64,000 nucleotides of DNA. Origin: an uncultured Peptococcaceae bacterium. GTDB lineage: Bacteria > Bacillota > Dehalobacteriia > UBA4068 > UBA4997. How positions within the stretch are numbered: the first letter of the stretch is position 1; each line of letters begins with the position of its first letter. Under the pieces are notes generated by a model. The model was given only the letters and a program-made list of their open reading frames with translations. It was not told the DNA's origin and ran no database searches. The position numbers and the translations under genes are program-made. Shown here piece after piece: positions 60,416-64,000 of this stretch. The DNA lies in contig CALCQI010000027.1 of the NCBI GenBank assembly GCA_937897635.1, positions 50,316 through 114,315 of the forward strand, written 5' to 3'.

Positions 60416-60630
60416 ATTTTTTTCCTCCTGTGATTGATTTTTTGCATATCAGTTCTTAGACAATCTCCTTCACGGCTATAACAGATAAAGCCGTGGAATG
60501 CATAGGGGCAATCACTACAGCTTTTAAAGGGGCCATTTGGTCGCTTTTCAGTTAAGATTTTCTCCACAGATACAAGAGAATCCGAATCATAACAAGCTGG
60601 TTTTCTGTTTTTCTTATAATGTACTAACAT
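60403..60630 (-). CDS. Small cysteine-rich (zinc-ribbon-like) protein
   Basis: 75 aa; CSDC-x8-C-x6-C pattern plus 2 further Cys; overlaps next gene by 13 nt. Confidence 0.45.
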   Translation of the reverse strand: MLVHYKKNRKPACYDSDSLVSVEKILTEKRPNGPFKSCSDCPYAFHGFICYSREGDCLRTDMQKINHRRKKICEQ

Positions 60631-60853
60631 GAGTTACTCCTTTCTTTGGAAATAAAAAAGCCGGAGAATTGGAACGCATTTTTGCATTCATATCTCCGGC
60701 TCAGTAAAGGAATTCAGGATAATATACTGGAATATATTCCAATTGATAATAGGTACTAATTTATCAGGTTTTTTAAAAAATAAAGAGGCAATGCGGCAAT
60801 AATTTATTATCTTGCCGCATTGCCTCTTTATTCATCTTAACTTTAACTCAAAT

Positions 60854-61642
60854 CTATTTGGTGATTATTTCTGCAATTAAATTGCCATCATTATTAAAAG
60901 AGAGTTTTAGATGTTTAGTCATTATTTTTCCATCTTTAAAATGCACTTCAATTGTTATATTATCTGAGGGTAAATCAGCAAAACTAACAGGTCCGTCTTC
61001 AGAAACTATGTCTATTGCATACCATGGGGACCAATTTACATCAAAGGATTTTTCACCAAGCTCCGCATGGAAGTTTGTAATAATTTCTTTTCCTACTTTT
61101 ACAAATGAGCCACTGTCCTCTAGTACGTGTAACATGATTTTTGACTTTTGTTTTTCATCTTGTTTAGGCTGACTCATTTGTTTTGCTGCAATTGAATCAA
61201 AAAATGTTAATTCCCCCATATCTGAAGTATATTTTACAGAAGATATATTATCCCCTTTTACGGAAATACCACCGGAATCAAAACCTACATCATAGGCATA
61301 TATTTTTTCGCCTGTTTCATCAAGATAAAAATGCCGATCACCTCTTGATATTTTTCCAAACGGGAGTATTACTTGTGTATTTCCTTCGATATTAATAATC
61401 TGGCCACCACCATCATCAGCAAAAGCAACTAAGGCAAATGCAGGTTTAGTTAGATTACTTGTCATAAATCCTACACCAATTAAAAAGCATATAGCCACCG
61501 CCGCTGCAACAAATCTTTTCTGAATTCCCGAATGTTTTTTAACCGTATTATTGTTGAGCCTTTGTTTTGTCTTTTCAATCAAATTTATATCCGGTGTAAC
61601 GGAATTGAAATCCTTTTTATATTCCTTTCTAAACATAATCAT
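60854..61642 (-). CDS. Membrane-anchored anti-sigma factor (single TM, extracytoplasmic C-domain)
   Basis: 262 aa; cytoplasmic N-region, TM FVAAAVAICFLIGVGFM, overlaps ECF sigma gene stop (operon). Confidence 0.6.
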   Translation of the reverse strand: MIMFRKEYKKDFNSVTPDINLIEKTKQRLNNNTVKKHSGIQKRFVAAAVAICFLIGVGFMTSNLTKPAFALVAFADDGGGQIINIEGNTQVILPFGKISRGDRHFYLDETGEKIYAYDVGFDSGGISVKGDNISSVKYTSDMGELTFFDSIAAKQMSQPKQDEKQKSKIMLHVLEDSGSFVKVGKEIITNFHAELGEKSFDVNWSPWYAIDIVSEDGPVSFADLPSDNITIEVHFKDGKIMTKHLKLSFNNDGNLIAEIITK

Positions 61643-62144
61643 ATTCTCCTTTCAAATTTTGTTTTAATAGTTCTCTTGCCCGAAAAAGTTGTGTTTTTAC
61701 AGTGGAATCTTTTCGATTAAGAATGTTAGCGATTTCGGATACAGAATAATCTTCATAGTAATAAAGATGTATCACTATACGGTACTTTTCCGGTAGCTTC
61801 AGCACCTCATAGAAGACTTCACCCTTGTCATTTTCCAGTAGACTTGTGCTATAATTTTCAGAATTCCACGAAGGTTCATCTTTAAGAACAATCTTTTTTT
61901 TCCAAGCGGAAGTCAAAAGGTTTTTGCTGAGATTAACTGTGACCCTAATTAACCAAGCCTTACAATGTTCCTCACTGCTAAATCTTTGATTGGCTTTATG
62001 ACATTTTAAGAATACTTCCTGAAATAAATCTTCTGCATCTGCTTTGTTTCGTGTCCGTGCATATGCAAGTCTGTATACCATGTCAGAGTATTGCTGCATA
62101 ATACTCTCTATAGAAATGTCAGCCATTTTTGCATCCTGGGTTAT
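61629..62144 (-). CDS. ECF-type RNA polymerase sigma-70 family factor
   Basis: Region 2 (DAEDLFQEVFLKCHKANQRF...WLIRVTVNLSKN) and region 4 HTH (YSVSEIANILNRKDSTVKTQLFRARELLK); start taken at MITQDAK. Confidence 0.8.
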   Translation of the reverse strand: MTQDAKMADISIESIMQQYSDMVYRLAYARTRNKADAEDLFQEVFLKCHKANQRFSSEEHCKAWLIRVTVNLSKNLLTSAWKKKIVLKDEPSWNSENYSTSLLENDKGEVFYEVLKLPEKYRIVIHLYYYEDYSVSEIANILNRKDSTVKTQLFRARELLKQNLKGEYDYV

Positions 62145-62856
62145 CATCTTTTCCCTCCCTTCTATAAACAACACAAATCTGGGCATAAAAAGGTTTCATT
62201 TTGAGATAAAAAGATTTCACTCAGAACCAACTTGAGAGCTGACGCATTATCCCGAAAATCCCCTTTTTTCAGTCCTATAAAATTTTATATTGTTATGTCG
62301 TCATGTTCGACCATACTTTGAAATTTCTTAAGCAGAAATTAATTCTATTATTTTTCTACATTTTTAGTATAGAATAGCGCCCTTTTTCCAACCTGTCAAA
62401 AACCGTCAAAAGACGATTTTTCGAGGATTATTAAAAAGGACGCCACTGAAAAATAATGTTATTGTCTGTTTTTCAATTGTTGTTTTATTTTATAATTCCT
62501 TTTATTATAAAATGATTTTGCATCATTTTGAGAGCTATATCTGAAAAATCATCTTCTGCATCAGTATTTTTCACCGAAAAAGGGGGCTAAAATCATGCAT
62601 TTTTAACCCCTTTTTTGTTCATTTTTTACCCCAAAACCACTATATGTTGTGGTCAAAATCTACTTTTTGCCCTCCAAACCACAACGCTGCATCAGAATCA
62701 CGCTCTCAACGTGCCTTGAGGATACAAAAAAGATGTCGTACCTCTCTGGTACCCCCTTGGCGGGTATGCATATTTCTAAAACAGTCGCCTGAATAAGCCA
62801 TTTTTTAGTCGATTTGGTGCCTGCTTTTGCTAACAATTCTAGCAAATTGAAAGCAA

Positions 62857-62895
62857 TAAAACCTTCAAAAGGCGTGTTGTCATCTTGAAGGCTTT
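62857..62895. terminator. Bidirectional hairpin terminator downstream of the radical-SAM gene
   Basis: CCTTCAAAAGGCGTGTTGTCATCTTGAAGG flanked by T-runs on both strands. Confidence 0.55.
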
Positions 62896-62932
62896 ATTTG
62901 ATACAATTTACTAATCTATATTGATTTTCAGA

Positions 62933-64000
62933 TCAAAGAATTATTTTCGAAAAATTTTTGTATTTTTCTTTCCATTCAATCGTCATGTTCCTATTAAGCT
63001 TTGCGATATTACAAAAATAATCATTAACCGCTAATGGATCTCCCAGAGGATCTTCATTTGCATTTCTAACCATACACATGGTACAAAACTCTTTATCAAG
63101 GCATTGAATGCATTTAGGAAAATCTTTTCTCCGCAAGCCTCTTAGATATTGTATTTCTTCAGAATTATTCCAGATTTCCTCGAGAGGGGTATCTTTAACA
63201 TTGCCAATAATATAGCTCTGCCAGCCAGCACATGGATATACATTTCCGTTTTCCGCTATGCAAATGGATGAATGACAAATGCTACAAACATAATCGTCTG
63301 CTGCTATATTCTTTTTCTTCTCCGCTTCCTTTTCAATTTGCTCCAAATAACTCGTGTCATTCACAATGATATCGTTAATAAAATTTTTTACTTCATCCCT
63401 AGACAAACGGTTATTTAGGTTTTCCGTTGTATGATTGTATCTTCCAATGATAACAAAGTCGCTTCCGACACGAAGCTTATATTTTTTTGCCCACTTTTTA
63501 ACATCATCGTAACAACTTTTGTTTTGTTTCATTATGGGACAGCTTATTTGTAAAGGTATATCATTTTCAACAAGCTTCAAAATTGCATTCTTTGTTTTTT
63601 CAAAGCTTCCTTTCACTTGGGTTATTTCATCATGAATATTAGGATTCATTGAATATAGTGAGACCTGAACACCTAAAAGCGGGTTTGTTTTCATTTCTTT
63701 GATAATCTCATCATTAAGTAATGTTAAATTACTAAGAATATTTACTGAAAGATTGTACTCTTTGCATTTTCTTAAAAAATCGCAAAAGCTTTTGTGCAAC
63801 ATTGGTTCTCCGCCACTTAATGTCAAATGCAATAACTTCATATTTTTACATTGATTTAAAATATCATAAAACAAATCAGATTCGATATCGCTTACTTTGT
63901 TCTCATGTGGGATATAGCAATGTACGCATCTTTCGTTGCACTTGCTTGTAATTTCTATGTGTAAATTTGTAAGTTGAGGTTTGCCTTTAAAATATTCTTC
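62933..64000 (-). CDS. Radical SAM / SPASM-domain peptide-modifying enzyme (5' end beyond window)
   Basis: Frame continues to the window end: ...EITSKCNERCVHCY (CxxxCxxC) at 63930-64000; C-terminal Cys-rich SPASM region CSICHSSIC...CAGWQ...CIQCLDKEFCTMCMV. Confidence 0.8.
   Translation of the reverse strand, partial: EEYFKGKPQLTNLHIEITSKCNERCVHCYIPHENKVSDIESDLFYDILNQCKNMKLLHLTLSGGEPMLHKSFCDFLRKCKEYNLSVNILSNLTLLNDEIIKEMKTNPLLGVQVSLYSMNPNIHDEITQVKGSFEKTKNAILKLVENDIPLQISCPIMKQNKSCYDDVKKWAKKYKLRVGSDFVIIGRYNHTTENLNNRLSRDEVKNFINDIIVNDTSYLEQIEKEAEKKKNIAADDYVCSICHSSICIAENGNVYPCAGWQSYIIGNVKDTPLEEIWNNSEEIQYLRGLRRKDFPKCIQCLDKEFCTMCMVRNANEDPLGDPLAVNDYFCNIAKLNRNMTIEWKEKYKNFSKIIL

Noticed and set aside
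62660-62845. 61-aa minus-strand ORF (MLELLAKAGTKSTKKWLIQATVLEICIPAKGVPERYD...)
   Set aside because: No SD, lies across a terminator-like hairpin region, no family resemblance; kept only as part of the ORF-free region finding.
1-64000. CRISPR arrays, rRNA or tRNA genes
   Set aside because: No regularly spaced direct repeats and no tRNA-like cloverleaf sequences (e.g. GGTTCGAATCC T-arm) were found on scanning; the only tRNA-like element is the T-box conserved sequence.

Overview
Low-GC chromosomal segment that looks like a spore-forming anaerobic Firmicute (Clostridia-like). Signals for that: a gerA-type germinant-receptor operon, SLH-domain surface protein, T-box leaders, AT-rich intergenic DNA. 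The backbone is housekeeping. Genes pheS (5' part), a TrmH-family methylase, rplT-rpmI-infC and thrS lie on the minus strand; pheS and thrS carry T-box leaders and infC uses an AUU start. They are followed by ctp (S41 peptidase), nth, ndk, a methionine-salvage pair (mtnA plus class II aldolase), and UvdE. A six-gene polyamine operon follows (speD-speA-speE-speB-CANSDH-CANSDC) that combines the classical and the carboxy(nor)spermidine routes. Further along are a membrane GGDEF cyclase, a 1685-aa beta-helix/SLH surface protein, DtxR-family regulators, feoAB, cobO, a YeiH/LysR pair, an M23 peptidase and ribosomal protein L25. No rRNA, tRNA or CRISPR array was seen. Items worth a second look: (1) a compact three-gene restriction-modification-like cassette (unknown 165-aa protein, a degenerate free-standing GIY-YIG domain, and a beta-class N6-adenine methyltransferase) wedged after the ndk terminator. 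(2) a hyf-type six-gene membrane complex under a TetR regulator whose 'large subunit' has lost all [NiFe]-ligating cysteines (energy-converting-hydrogenase-related, function unknown). (3) a DUF5320 / NifX-like / twin MinD-ferredoxin ATPase cluster with a 16-bp perfect inverted repeat bracketing its promoter. (4) a germinant-receptor operon carrying a tandem-duplication footprint (intact D-subunit gene plus decayed copies of D and of the gerAB 5' end). (5) a decayed 3' accessory region containing an IS fragment, a holin-like gene, an ECF sigma/anti-sigma pair and a radical-SAM/SPASM maturase next to 700 bp of ORF-free structured DNA.
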